Shown here: one piece after another, positions 1 to 10,379 of the stretch
Layout of the letters: every line of letters starts with the position of its first letter
How positions within the stretch are numbered: position 1 is the first letter of the stretch
Source: Spirochaetota bacterium
GTDB taxonomy: Bacteria > Spirochaetota > UBA6919 > CBDBPB01
Direction: 5' to 3'
Assembly (NCBI GenBank): GCA_965208615.1
Contig: CBDBPB010000001.1
Coordinates: 160,001-224,000 of the forward strand
DNA length: 64,000 bases
Notes under the pieces: model-generated
Seen by the model: the letters and a program-made list of their open reading frames with translations, nothing else
What the model was told of the DNA's origin: nothing
Databases searched by the model: none
Translations under genes and position numbers: made by a program

Positions 1-846
1 AAGCTATCTAATGAAACTAAAGCTATAATTATAAAGCTAATAAATCAAAAAAAATGCGAACTTAAAAAACTATCCCAACAACATAAAGAACAACAAAACT
101 TTATAGATATTACTTTACCAGGTAGAAAAGTCAATATAGGGCATTTTCACCCTATTACACAAATAACCAACGACATAAGCCATATATTTAAAAGACTTGG
201 CTTCTCAGTAGCAGATGGACCCGAATTAGAGCATCAATACTATAATTTTGAAGCCCTTAATATACCCCAACATCACCCAGCAAGAGATGAACAGGATTCT
301 TTTTATATAACATCAAACAGACTTCTAAGAACTCAAACATCCCCCGTACAAATAAGAGTCATGGAAAAACAATCACCTCCTATTTCTGTTATATCCACAG
401 GACGGTGTTTTAGACGGGATGCAGTGGATGCAACACATTCTCACACCTTCCACCAAATAGAAGGACTCTCTGTAGATAAGAATATATCATTCGCAGACCT
501 AAAAGGTGTATTACACTTATTCGCAAAAGAAATGTTTGGTGCCAATACTAAAACTCGATTTAGACCAGACTTTTTCCCTTTTACCGAGCCTAGTGCCGAG
601 TTTGCTATAAGTTGCTTTATTTGTAAAGGCAAAGGATGCAAAGTATGCAAGGGTAGTACCTGGATAGAGATAGGTGGATGTGGGTTAGTGGATCCTACAG
701 TATTTTCTTTTGTTAAAATCGATCCCAATGAATACTCAGGATATGCCTTTGGTATGGGGATAGAACGATTGGCTATGATAAAATATGGAGTACCTGATAT
801 TAGAATGTTCTACGAAAATGATCTTAAATTCCTAAAACAGTTTTAG
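1..846 (+). CDS. pheS: Phenylalanyl-tRNA synthetase alpha subunit (5'-partial)
   Basis: Frame is open from base 1. Motifs DITLPG, NFEALNIPQHHPAR, FHQIEG, FPFTEPSAE, GYAFGMGIERLAM, plus a CxxC-CxxC Zn insert. Confidence 0.97.
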   Translation, partial: KLSNETKAIIIKLINQKKCELKKLSQQHKEQQNFIDITLPGRKVNIGHFHPITQITNDISHIFKRLGFSVADGPELEHQYYNFEALNIPQHHPARDEQDSFYITSNRLLRTQTSPVQIRVMEKQSPPISVISTGRCFRRDAVDATHSHTFHQIEGLSVDKNISFADLKGVLHLFAKEMFGANTKTRFRPDFFPFTEPSAEFAISCFICKGKGCKVCKGSTWIEIGGCGLVDPTVFSFVKIDPNEYSGYAFGMGIERLAMIKYGVPDIRMFYENDLKFLKQF

Positions 847-894
847 CCTAAATACTTTTATCAATGTATAAAAATTATTAATATTTAGGCTTTG

Positions 895-2514
895 TTATTT
901 TATCCCTCTACTTTTAGAAAACTCAATGGCATTTTTTATGAAACTCTTAAACAACGGATGACCTAATACAGGCTTGGACTTAAACTCTGGATGAAATTGG
1001 ACTCCGATATACCATGGATGATCTTTTATCTCAATTAGCTCTACTAAGTTATTCTCCTGATACACAGCACCAATAACTAATCCATGATCACATAAAATAT
1101 CCTTATAGACATTATTGAACTCATACCTATGCCTATGCCTTTCCTGTATAAGCCTGGAGCCATAAGCACTATAAGCAACAGTATCCTCTATTAACATAGC
1201 CTCATAGCTTCCAAGACGCATAGTACCACCAAAATCTTCAACTTTTTTCTGCTCAGATAGCAAACTAACAACTGGATAAGGAGTAGTATCATCAAACTCA
1301 GTTGAATTAGCTCCAGCTAATCCGCAAACATTATTAGCAAACTCAATAACCATACACTGCATCCCAAGACAAATACCAAAAGTAGGTATCTTATTCTCTC
1401 TTCCATAAGAACAGGTAACAAGCTTACCCTCAATACCTCTTTCACCAAAGCCTCCAGGTATTATTATACCATCCAAATTAGAAAGCTGGTTTTCAATATT
1501 CTCAGTGGTCAGTTCTGGATGTATTTTTATAATATTAGCGAAACTATTGTTTGCAACGGCACCATGTTGTATTGCCTCATAAAGACTTTTATACGCATCA
1601 TTAAGCTCAGTATACTTTCCTATAACACCTATATTCACCTTATATTCTGGATTATTTAAAATATTCACGATATTATTCCACATGGATAGGTTTAGGTTAT
1701 TAGTCTTTAATCCTAACTTCTTGACAACAATATCATCCAGGCCAGCTTTACTATATTGAATAGGAATTTCATAAATACTACTTTTAAAATCTAGTGCCTC
1801 AATAACAGCCTCTTTTTCCACATCGCAGAATAGAGCCAATTTATCCCTCATATCCTTAGACATACTTTTAGAAGTTCTACACAAAAGAATATCAGGACGT
1901 ATTCCAATAGACCTAAGTTCCTTTACACTATGCTGAGTAGGCTTAGTTTTCTGTTCTCCAGCTACGGCTATAAGCGGTATCAGTGTAAGATGTATGTATA
2001 TAGCATTATTTTTACCAACATCCTGTGAAAACTGTCTAATAGCCTCCAAAAAAGGGATACTCTCTATATCACCTACTGTACCCCCTATTTCAACGATAAC
2101 TACATCAGGAGTATTATCTCTTGCAACCTGCTTTATACGGGCTTTTATTTCATCGGTTATGTGTGGTATTACTTGTACAGTTCTTCCAAGGTACTCTCCA
2201 CGTCTTTCTCTTTCTATTACCGTTTGATATATTTGTCCTGTAGTTATGCTACACCTTTTTGTAACCTTTGATGAAGTAAAACGTTCATAATTACCAAGAT
2301 CAAGATCAGTTTCTGCTCCATCATGGGTTACATAAACCTCTCCATGCTGATATGGAGACATAGTACCAGGATCAATATTAATATACGGATCAATTTTTTG
2401 CATAGCTACACTTAAGCCGCGATTTTCTAATATACACCCAAGAGATGCGGCTGCTATTCCCTTTCCTAATGAAGAACATACTCCACCGGTTACAAAAATA
2501 TATTTACTTAGCAC
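895..2514 (-). CDS. pyrG: CTP synthase
   Basis: KYIFVTGGVCSSLGKG, DPYINIDPGTMSPYQHGEV, GICLGMQ, QFHPEF. Confidence 0.98.
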   Translation of the reverse strand: MLSKYIFVTGGVCSSLGKGIAAASLGCILENRGLSVAMQKIDPYINIDPGTMSPYQHGEVYVTHDGAETDLDLGNYERFTSSKVTKRCSITTGQIYQTVIERERRGEYLGRTVQVIPHITDEIKARIKQVARDNTPDVVIVEIGGTVGDIESIPFLEAIRQFSQDVGKNNAIYIHLTLIPLIAVAGEQKTKPTQHSVKELRSIGIRPDILLCRTSKSMSKDMRDKLALFCDVEKEAVIEALDFKSSIYEIPIQYSKAGLDDIVVKKLGLKTNNLNLSMWNNIVNILNNPEYKVNIGVIGKYTELNDAYKSLYEAIQHGAVANNSFANIIKIHPELTTENIENQLSNLDGIIIPGGFGERGIEGKLVTCSYGRENKIPTFGICLGMQCMVIEFANNVCGLAGANSTEFDDTTPYPVVSLLSEQKKVEDFGGTMRLGSYEAMLIEDTVAYSAYGSRLIQERHRHRYEFNNVYKDILCDHGLVIGAVYQENNLVELIEIKDHPWYIGVQFHPEFKSKPVLGHPLFKSFIKNAIEFSKSRGIK

Positions 2515-2602
2515 TTTTTTATCCTTAATATATAATTAGGCTTACTCCGTTAATATTTTAAAGTAACTTAGTTATAAATCAACAATTATGAGATAATCGG
2601 CA

Positions 2603-3346
2603 TTATGATATTATTCTTAATTTTCTTTTTGATAAAACCTTTTCTAAAGTGTTTATATCATCTTTCGTGTCAACACCTATGGTATTAAATGAGGTCTCTA
2701 TCAGCTTAATAGCTATATTGTATTCCAAAAACCGTAGCTGTTCAAGGTTTTCTGTTTGTTCCAGCTCAGAGCATGGCAAGGTTGATATATAGTCTAATAT
2801 CTTTTTTGGATAAGCATATAACCCAATATGTTTAAAGTATTTATATTCATTTTTATTTTTGTTATAGGGAATTGGATATCTAGAAAAATACATAGCCTCA
2901 TTATTTATATTATCTACTACCTTGACTACATTAGGATTATTAAGTTCTTTTTCATCAGTTATTCTTTTTTTAAGAGAAGTAATTCCATAAAAATTACCAT
3001 CCAAAAAAGGGCTAACCAACTGATTTATCATATCTTTGTTTATAAGGGGTTCATCTCCCTGTATATTAACGAATATATCACCTTTTATTTTATTACTAAC
3101 CTCAATAATACGTTCAGTTCCGGATCTATGGTTGGTTGAGGTCATAATGTTTGGGATAGAGTGCTTTTGGCATACCTTAGCCACTTTATTGTTATCGACT
3201 GCAACAACTAAATGACTAAGCAACTCAGACTTTTTAGCATTATCATAAACATAATATATAATAGGCCGCCCCAAAATAGGATAGATAACCTTTTCTGGTA
3301 AACGTTTTGAGTTAAGCCTTGCTGGGATTACTCCAACTATAGTCAT
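2603..3346 (-). CDS. kdsB: 3-deoxy-manno-octulosonate cytidylyltransferase (CMP-Kdo synthetase)
   Basis: IPARLNSKRLPEK, SGTERI, VNIQGDEP, YFSRYPIP, HIGLYAY, LEQLRFLE; usual kdsB-pyrG adjacency. Confidence 0.95.
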   Translation of the reverse strand: MTIVGVIPARLNSKRLPEKVIYPILGRPIIYYVYDNAKKSELLSHLVVAVDNNKVAKVCQKHSIPNIMTSTNHRSGTERIIEVSNKIKGDIFVNIQGDEPLINKDMINQLVSPFLDGNFYGITSLKKRITDEKELNNPNVVKVVDNINNEAMYFSRYPIPYNKNKNEYKYFKHIGLYAYPKKILDYISTLPCSELEQTENLEQLRFLEYNIAIKLIETSFNTIGVDTKDDINTLEKVLSKRKLRIIS

Positions 3347-3476
3347 AATACTAAAATTAATATACCATAAAATCCTATAATATATAGTAGTCCTGTTTTT
3401 AAAAATAGGTAAATGTTGACACCATAATCAGTTTTCTTATATTATTCAATTAATAAAACATTAAAGGTAGTAATCC

Positions 3477-4727
3477 ATGTTATTAAAAATAATAAGCCTT
3501 ATTTCGCTTTTATTAATCCTTATAGCTCCCATTTACTCTAAAAATAAAAAACTAACTAAATCATATATCGGTGAATTTCATGAGTGGAATGCCATAAGTC
3601 TATACTCAAGCCCAGATCAAATAAGAATTGATCCCTTTAATGAGAATATTATATGGTTTACTCAACCAAGTATACACGGACTATCAAAGTTTAACTTCAA
3701 AAATAAAAAACTTATCGAATACAAAATAGTACTAAAAAAACAACTTGCCAAGCAATATAATAAAATAATAAAATATAGACCCGATGGACTCGTCATAGAT
3801 AAAAATGGTATCCTTTGGTTTGGAGAACAGTCATCCGGTACACTGGGTAAGTTTGATCCCAAAGAAAAACAAATTAAACATTTTAAGGCTCCATATAAAA
3901 AAGCAAACCTCACTATCCCAACAGTAGACCATAACGGATATATCTGGATAACTGATCACCAAAATAATAAAATATTAAGATTTGATCCCAAAAAAAAGTC
4001 GTTCTATATTATTAATGTACCTAGTCCAAATAGCTGGGTAGTCGATCTAAAAACCGATTCCAAAAATAGAATATGGTATTCATCATGCTTGTCAAACGTA
4101 ATCGGAATGATAGATTATAATAAAAAAATAATTATAGAGTATAGTTTACCAAAAATAGCCCCATTATCAAGTTTGAGTAAAATGTCGGGTAACCATAAAA
4201 AATCATCATGGAAAGGTAATGGTCCAGCTTTTATCGCAATAGACTCCAAGGATAGAATATGGTTTACACTATGGGCTACAAATAAAATTGCTGTCTTTGA
4301 TCCAAAAACGAATATCCTTAAATATTATACTCTGCTAACTAATCCAAGTATGGCCTCTATCACTATTACTAAAAATAATGTTATCTTTTTCTCTGCCGAT
4401 AAGTTAAATGCCATTGTAATGCTTGATACAAAAAATGATAACTACTTTCACGTCTTTCCTATACCAACACCAAAATCCGGTCAGAAAGATGGAATCACCG
4501 TTGATAGTAAAGGTGTTGTATGGTTTACAGAGTTCGCTAAGAACAAATTTGGACGCCTTAAAATATCTGATAAAAAATACTATAAACCTAATAAGATAAG
4601 CCATATACAAAAACCCAATAACGAAAGAATAACCGTTGTGAATGGCTTTGTTGAAAAGACAAAGAAAATAATACTAAAGCCAGTTAAAATAAGAACTACT
4701 ATGATTAAAGATCCAAAAAATCAATGA
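3477..4727 (+). CDS. Secreted Vgb (virginiamycin B lyase)-like beta-propeller protein
   Basis: N-terminal signal peptide; repeated D-x-x-G-x-(I/V)-W-F-T / KFDPK blades about 43 aa apart. Confidence 0.7.
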   Translation: MLLKIISLISLLLILIAPIYSKNKKLTKSYIGEFHEWNAISLYSSPDQIRIDPFNENIIWFTQPSIHGLSKFNFKNKKLIEYKIVLKKQLAKQYNKIIKYRPDGLVIDKNGILWFGEQSSGTLGKFDPKEKQIKHFKAPYKKANLTIPTVDHNGYIWITDHQNNKILRFDPKKKSFYIINVPSPNSWVVDLKTDSKNRIWYSSCLSNVIGMIDYNKKIIIEYSLPKIAPLSSLSKMSGNHKKSSWKGNGPAFIAIDSKDRIWFTLWATNKIAVFDPKTNILKYYTLLTNPSMASITITKNNVIFFSADKLNAIVMLDTKNDNYFHVFPIPTPKSGQKDGITVDSKGVVWFTEFAKNKFGRLKISDKKYYKPNKISHIQKPNNERITVVNGFVEKTKKIILKPVKIRTTMIKDPKNQ

Positions 4728-4763
4728 TATATACCTTAAAACAAAACTCCTAAGGGAATAATA

Positions 4764-7700
4764 ATGCCTAGTAGATTTTTAGAAGAATTAAATAACCGTA
4801 TACTAATTTTTGATGGTGCTATGGGTACCTCCATACAAGGATATAACCTAAAGTATGATGACTATAAAGGAAAAGATGGCTGTAATGAATATTTGGTTAT
4901 AACCAGAGCAAATATAATAAAAGAAATCCATAAAAGCTATTTAGAAGCTGGTTGCGACGTAATCGAGACTAATACATTTGGAGCCAATCGCTTTAAACTA
5001 AAAGAATATGCCCTGGATGATAAGATTTATGAAATTAATTATAAAGCATCCTGTATTGCCAGAGAAGTGGCTGATTCTTTTAGCACTAAAGAAAAACCGA
5101 GATTTGTTGTGGGATCTATCGGTCCAAGCGGATTCTTACCTTCTTCCAGTGATCCTGATTTATCTAAAGTCCAGTTTGATGAACTGGCTTATGTATTTGC
5201 AGAACAAGCAAAAGCCCTCGTTGATGGCGGAGTAGATGCACTATTAATAGAAACCAGTCAGGATATGCTAGAAGTAAAGTCTGCCATATACGGTATAAAA
5301 AAGTTTTTTAAAGAAAATGGTAATAAGCTTCCTTTAATAGTCCAGATTACCCTTGATACCTCTGGTAAAATGCTATTGGGTACTGATATTACTTCTGCTC
5401 TTACTACTATAGAGTCTATGGAAGCTGATGTCATTGGAATGAACTGTAGTACAGGTCCCAAAGACATGAGAGATCCAGCTCGTTATTTATGTGAAAATAC
5501 AAATCTAAAGATTTCTATAATACCAAATGCAGGTATCCCAGTAAATCAGGACGGAAAAGCTGTATACCTTTTAAGTCCAGATAAAATGGCTGAACAGCTA
5601 TCCGACTTTATTAAAGAGTTTGGCGTTAATATTATTGGTGGATGTTGTGGTACTAGTCCTGATCATATTAGAGAGCTTAGTAAAGCTTTTGCTACTATTC
5701 CTCCAAAACAAAGACGGGTTGATAAAAATGTTTATGTATCCAGCTCTATGAAATCTGTATGCCTTAAACAAGAGCCTAGACCTCTTATTGTTGGTGAGAG
5801 AATTAATGCACAAGGAAGCCGTAAAGTAAAACGGCTACTATTAGAAGAAGATTATCAATCTATAATAAAAATTGCCAGAGAACAGCTAAACTATGGAGCC
5901 CATATATTAGATGTATGCGTTGCAATAACCGAAAGAGATGATGAACCTGAAACAATGCAAAAACTTCTTAAGCTTTTATCTATGTCCATTGAAACCCCTG
6001 TTATGGTCGACTCTACCGATTATAACGTAGTTGAAATAGCACTCAAAAACTATGCTGGAACTATTATTGTAAACTCTATCAACTTAGAAAATGGACGAGA
6101 AAAGGCTGACAAGATTTTATCCCTTATAAATGACTATGGCGGAGCCGTGGTAGCATTAACTATAGACGAAAAAGGTATGGCAAAAACTTTAGATAGAAAA
6201 ATTGAGATATCCCAAAAGCTTTATGACATTTATGTTAATGAATACAACTTTAAGCCTGGCTCTTTGATAATAGATTTATTAACCTTCACGCTAGCTACTG
6301 GTGAAGATGAATGGAAAAACTCTGCAATAGAAACCATAAATGCAATTAAAGAAATTAAATCAAGATTCCCAAAAGTATTAACAAGCCTGGGAGTTAGTAA
6401 CTGCTCATTTGGACTAAACCCTTATGCACGTAAAATCCTTAATAGCATATATCTTTATCATAGTGTTCAGGCTGGTTTAGACATTGCTATGGTCAATCCA
6501 AAAGATATTATACCTTATCCGTCTATACCTAATAAGGAAAGGGTATTAGTAGAAAACTTAATTTTTAATCGTTCTGATAATGCACTATCCGATCTAATAG
6601 CCCATTTTGAAAAGAATGATAAACCAAAAAATAATAAGAAAACAAGCTCTAACTTACTCTCAGTTGAGGAGACCATACATAATAAAGTCCTACATAGAGA
6701 CTCAGACCAAATAGAAGAACTTTTGGATGAGGCTATGGAAAAATATAGTCCCGTTGAAGTGCTAAACAACATACTACTAAATGCTATGAAGGACGTGGGG
6801 GATAAATTCGGTACTGGTGAACTCATTTTACCATTTGTACTACAATCTGCAGAGGTCATGAAAAAGGCTGTTAACTACTTAGAAGGCTTTTTGGAAGATA
6901 AAGCTATCTCTACTAAAGCGGCAGTCTTATTGGCAACTGTATACGGCGACGTACACGATATTGGTAAAAACCTATTTAAGACTATATTAACCAATAATGG
7001 CTATGTTGTACACGATATAGGAAAGCAAGTCCCGGTTCAAACAATAATCGAAAAGGCTGTAAAACTAAAAGTGGATGCTATTGGTTTAAGTGCCTTATTG
7101 GTATCTACTTCAAAGCAGATGGCTATTTGTATAGAGGAATTATATAAAAACGGTTATAATTATCCGGTTTTGATTGGCGGTGCCGCTATAAATCAGGACT
7201 ATGGGTATAGAATTGCTTTTGTTGATGATAAAACTATTTATTCTGGTGGTGTATTTTATGGAAAAGACGTCTTTCAAGGACTAGAGATTATGGATTCCCT
7301 TTCTGATAAGGATAAAAAGCATCTTATCATAAAAGAGAACAAGGATAAAGCAATAAAATATATAGGGAAAAAAAAGAATAAGTCGAAAGTCCCTGAAGAA
7401 AAAACTATTAAAAAGTCTAATATAAATAGAGTTAATGACATACCCAATCCGCCGTTTTGGGGGACTAAAGTTATTTTAGAAAAAGACATAAATATGAATG
7501 AGCTATTTGATAACCTTAACCTTACTGAGCTTTTTAGGTTATCATGGGGTGGACGCGGTAAAAAGCTTAGTGAGTATAAGCTCCTTGTTGAAAACGAGTT
7601 TAAGCCTTTATTAAATAATCTTAAGCAATACATAAAAGAAAATAGTATTTTTAGTCCTAAAATTGTTTATGGATATTTTCCATGTTTATCCCATGAAGAC

Positions 7701-8198
7701 CGCCTAATTATATTTGATCCTGTTAATCAGTCTAAGGAGTTAACACATATAGATTTTCCACGTCAGAATAAGGAGCCTTATTTATGTTTATCCGATTATT
7801 TTTTTCCGATATCCTCTAATAAAATGGATCTTATTGCCATTCAGGTTGTTACTGTTGGAGATAAGGTTAGCAAGTTATGTCATGAGCTAAATGAAAAAAA
7901 TAGCTATACAAAAAGTTATTACATACACGGTTTAGCTGTACAAACTGCTGAGGCAATGGCTCAGTATAACCATAACAAAATTAGAGCCGAGTTAAATCTT
8001 GCTAATAATAGAGGAAATAGATATAGCTTTGGCTATTCTAGTTGTCCTAACCTTGAAGAGTCTGGTAAGATAATGTCTATTATGCAGGTAGAAAAGTCTA
8101 TTGGAGTATCCTTAACTGACGGATTTCAGTTAGTACCTGAGCAGTCCACCTCTGCACTCATAATCCATCATCCTGATGCTGTTTATTATAGAGTATAA
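4764..8198 (+). CDS. metH: Cobalamin-dependent methionine synthase
   Basis: DGAMGT, GMNC, GGCCGT, VGERIN, GDVHDIGKN B12-binding motif, C-terminal reactivation domain. Confidence 0.97.
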   Translation: MPSRFLEELNNRILIFDGAMGTSIQGYNLKYDDYKGKDGCNEYLVITRANIIKEIHKSYLEAGCDVIETNTFGANRFKLKEYALDDKIYEINYKASCIAREVADSFSTKEKPRFVVGSIGPSGFLPSSSDPDLSKVQFDELAYVFAEQAKALVDGGVDALLIETSQDMLEVKSAIYGIKKFFKENGNKLPLIVQITLDTSGKMLLGTDITSALTTIESMEADVIGMNCSTGPKDMRDPARYLCENTNLKISIIPNAGIPVNQDGKAVYLLSPDKMAEQLSDFIKEFGVNIIGGCCGTSPDHIRELSKAFATIPPKQRRVDKNVYVSSSMKSVCLKQEPRPLIVGERINAQGSRKVKRLLLEEDYQSIIKIAREQLNYGAHILDVCVAITERDDEPETMQKLLKLLSMSIETPVMVDSTDYNVVEIALKNYAGTIIVNSINLENGREKADKILSLINDYGGAVVALTIDEKGMAKTLDRKIEISQKLYDIYVNEYNFKPGSLIIDLLTFTLATGEDEWKNSAIETINAIKEIKSRFPKVLTSLGVSNCSFGLNPYARKILNSIYLYHSVQAGLDIAMVNPKDIIPYPSIPNKERVLVENLIFNRSDNALSDLIAHFEKNDKPKNNKKTSSNLLSVEETIHNKVLHRDSDQIEELLDEAMEKYSPVEVLNNILLNAMKDVGDKFGTGELILPFVLQSAEVMKKAVNYLEGFLEDKAISTKAAVLLATVYGDVHDIGKNLFKTILTNNGYVVHDIGKQVPVQTIIEKAVKLKVDAIGLSALLVSTSKQMAICIEELYKNGYNYPVLIGGAAINQDYGYRIAFVDDKTIYSGGVFYGKDVFQGLEIMDSLSDKDKKHLIIKENKDKAIKYIGKKKNKSKVPEEKTIKKSNINRVNDIPNPPFWGTKVILEKDINMNELFDNLNLTELFRLSWGGRGKKLSEYKLLVENEFKPLLNNLKQYIKENSIFSPKIVYGYFPCLSHEDRLIIFDPVNQSKELTHIDFPRQNKEPYLCLSDYFFPISSNKMDLIAIQVVTVGDKVSKLCHELNEKNSYTKSYYIHGLAVQTAEAMAQYNHNKIRAELNLANNRGNRYSFGYSSCPNLEESGKIMSIMQVEKSIGVSLTDGFQLVPEQSTSALIIHHPDAVYYRV

Positions 8199-8524
8199 TG
8201 ATATTTAATCGGCAGTATAGTCTTTTAGCTTTAATTATATTTTTACGATTTTTAATATCTTAAACCTTTTAAAAACTAAGCCTTTTAAATATTAGCATTA
8301 CTATGTTGTAGTATAGAGCTAACTTTAATATTACTAATAAGATAAAAAGTATACTTTTATAGTTTTAATTCAAAATTATATTGCTATTATTCAAATTGAA
8401 CTTTGAATTAAAATATATTAAAAATTAATGTTCATTGGTCTATAAAATATAAAATAGTTTGCCGAATTATTATTTATAATAAGTTATTTAGAGCGTTAAA
8501 GCTAACTCTTTATAAGGAACGTTT

Positions 8525-8680
8525 ATGATAACTAAAAATTACTTAAAACTCAGATCCAGAATTGCAGGAGCATTAAGTAATGCCATTATTAAAGATCCAG
8601 CAGTTGATAAGGGTATGTTAGATAAAGCTTTTAAAGAAGCTTGTCAAACCTTAATTAAAAAGGGTAAGTTAAGTATGTAA
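8525..8680 (+). CDS. Small hypothetical protein, 51 aa (MITKNYLKLRSRIAGALSNAIIKDPAVDKGMLDKAFKEACQTLIKKGKLSM)
   Basis: ATG preceded by AAGGAA RBS; coding-like composition in an otherwise very AT-rich spacer; below the ORF-track cutoff. Confidence 0.65.
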   Translation: MITKNYLKLRSRIAGALSNAIIKDPAVDKGMLDKAFKEACQTLIKKGKLSM

Positions 8681-8766
8681 AGTTGCACAATGTTAAATTA
8701 TTATCTTAAGTATATAATTTTTAATAATTAGACTAAATTTAAAAAGTTTTTTATAAGTTCAATTAG

Positions 8767-8792
8767 TTATAAAGACATATATGTCTTTATAA
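8767..8792. terminator. Perfect 26-bp palindrome, probable bidirectional terminator between the small ORF and rplQ
   Basis: TTATAAAGACATA|TATGTCTTTATAA lies between convergent genes. Confidence 0.5.
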
Positions 8793-8807
8793 ATTGATTT
8801 TGAGGAT

Positions 8808-9329
8808 CTAGTTTTTATCTTTTTCTATATCCTTTTCAATATCATTAGTTTTACTTTCTTTAACTTGGCTTTTTTTATCTTTAGAATCAGTTTTAATACT
8901 AGATTTATCTTTAGAGTCTTTTTGTCTTTTATCCTTTTTAGACGACTTCTTTTTATCCGAAGGATATAACTGTTCCTCTACAAGCTCAATGAAAGCCATT
9001 TTACTATTATCACCTTTTCTTAACATAGAAAGACGTATTATCCTGGTGTATCCTCCATTACGATTAGTATACCTAGGAGCGATATTTTCAAAAAGCTTAT
9101 TAATAAGCTTACGATTCTTAACTTTCCTAAGCAAAAGTCGTTTATTATGTAAGCTTTCAACTTTTGCTCTAGTAATTATCGGCTCAATAACACGTCTTAA
9201 CTCCTTAGCCTTAGCCAGAGTTGTTTTAACACGTTCATGCTTAAGCAAAGATGATGCCATATTTAACAACATAGCCTTCTTATGCGACGAAGTTTTTCCA
9301 AGTTTTCTACCAGCAACTCGATGTTTCAT
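8808..9329 (-). CDS. rplQ: 50S ribosomal protein L17 with a Lys/Asp-rich C-terminal extension
   Basis: MKHRVAGRKLG, TTLAKAKELR, RNGGYTRII. Confidence 0.97.
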   Translation of the reverse strand: MKHRVAGRKLGKTSSHKKAMLLNMASSLLKHERVKTTLAKAKELRRVIEPIITRAKVESLHNKRLLLRKVKNRKLINKLFENIAPRYTNRNGGYTRIIRLSMLRKGDNSKMAFIELVEEQLYPSDKKKSSKKDKRQKDSKDKSSIKTDSKDKKSQVKESKTNDIEKDIEKDKN

Positions 9330-9341
9330 ATGTTACCTACA

Positions 9342-10364
9342 TTATATGTTTATTTTATTTTTATGGGTTATATTTTTCATTCCAAAGTTTAAGCTTAATG
9401 AATTAAGTTTATTTTGAATTTCGGTAATCGATTTTTTTCCAAGATTCTTAATCTTAGCAATTTCCTCTTCAGTTTTAATTACTAAATCACCAACAGTTTT
9501 TACCCCAGCTACCCTAAGACAATTAGAAGAGCGTACAGAAAGTTCAAGCTCCTCAATAGCTGTACTAAGAAGAGCCCTAAGACGTTCTTCTTCAGGATCT
9601 TCTTTTGTTTCCTCTGGCTCTTCTTCTTCTTCAAAGTTAATGAAACATGTAAAATGCTCTTTTAATATTTTAGCCGCATCAGCAACAGCATCATTAGGAG
9701 CAATTGTACCATCAGTCCAAACTTCTATAGTAAATTTATCATAATCGGTTCTCTGCCCAACCCTGGTATTCTCTACATTAAAATTAACCTTAATAACAGG
9801 ACTAAAAATAGCATCTATAGGAACAGTTCCAATAGTTTGAATATATTCTATATTTCGTTCTGCAGGCACATATCCCCTACCAAGATCAATCTGTAACTCA
9901 AAGAATAAAGAAGCATCATCGTTTAAAGTAGCAATATGCTGATCCGGATTATATATTTCTATATTAGCATCAATTTTTAGATCACCAGCAGTTATTGCAC
10001 CGTTCCCTTTTTTTTCAATAAAAATAGTTCTGCTATCAAGATCATCTAGTAGCCTTATTTTTGCCTTTTTAAGGTTTTGGACTATAATACTAGTATCTTC
10101 ATATATCCCATAAATACTTTCAAATTCATTAGAAAGAAGGGTATTTTTACCCTCACCATCAATATACTCTAATCTTAAAGCAGTAACAGCATATCCCTGT
10201 ATAGATGAGAGAAGAGTTCTACGTAAAGAATTAGCAATAGTAATACCATATCCTCTTTCAAAAGGAGCTGCTATAAAGCGTCCATAAAATGGATTTAGTT
10301 CTTCGTGCTCAAAAATAATATTTTTTGGTCTTTTAAAATCTCGTAATAAATTTTTATGAACCAT
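9342..10364 (-). CDS. rpoA: RNA polymerase alpha subunit
   Basis: PFERGYGITIANSLRRTLLSS, VENTRVGQRTDYDK, LELSVRSSNCL. Confidence 0.98.
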   Translation of the reverse strand: MVHKNLLRDFKRPKNIIFEHEELNPFYGRFIAAPFERGYGITIANSLRRTLLSSIQGYAVTALRLEYIDGEGKNTLLSNEFESIYGIYEDTSIIVQNLKKAKIRLLDDLDSRTIFIEKKGNGAITAGDLKIDANIEIYNPDQHIATLNDDASLFFELQIDLGRGYVPAERNIEYIQTIGTVPIDAIFSPVIKVNFNVENTRVGQRTDYDKFTIEVWTDGTIAPNDAVADAAKILKEHFTCFINFEEEEEPEETKEDPEEERLRALLSTAIEELELSVRSSNCLRVAGVKTVGDLVIKTEEEIAKIKNLGKKSITEIQNKLNSLSLNFGMKNITHKNKINI

Positions 10365-10379
10365 TCTTTCAACCTAAAA

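Noticed and set aside
3477-4727. Bona fide streptogramin-resistance gene vgb
   Set aside because: The signal peptide, greater length and unverified catalytic residues support only fold-level similarity.
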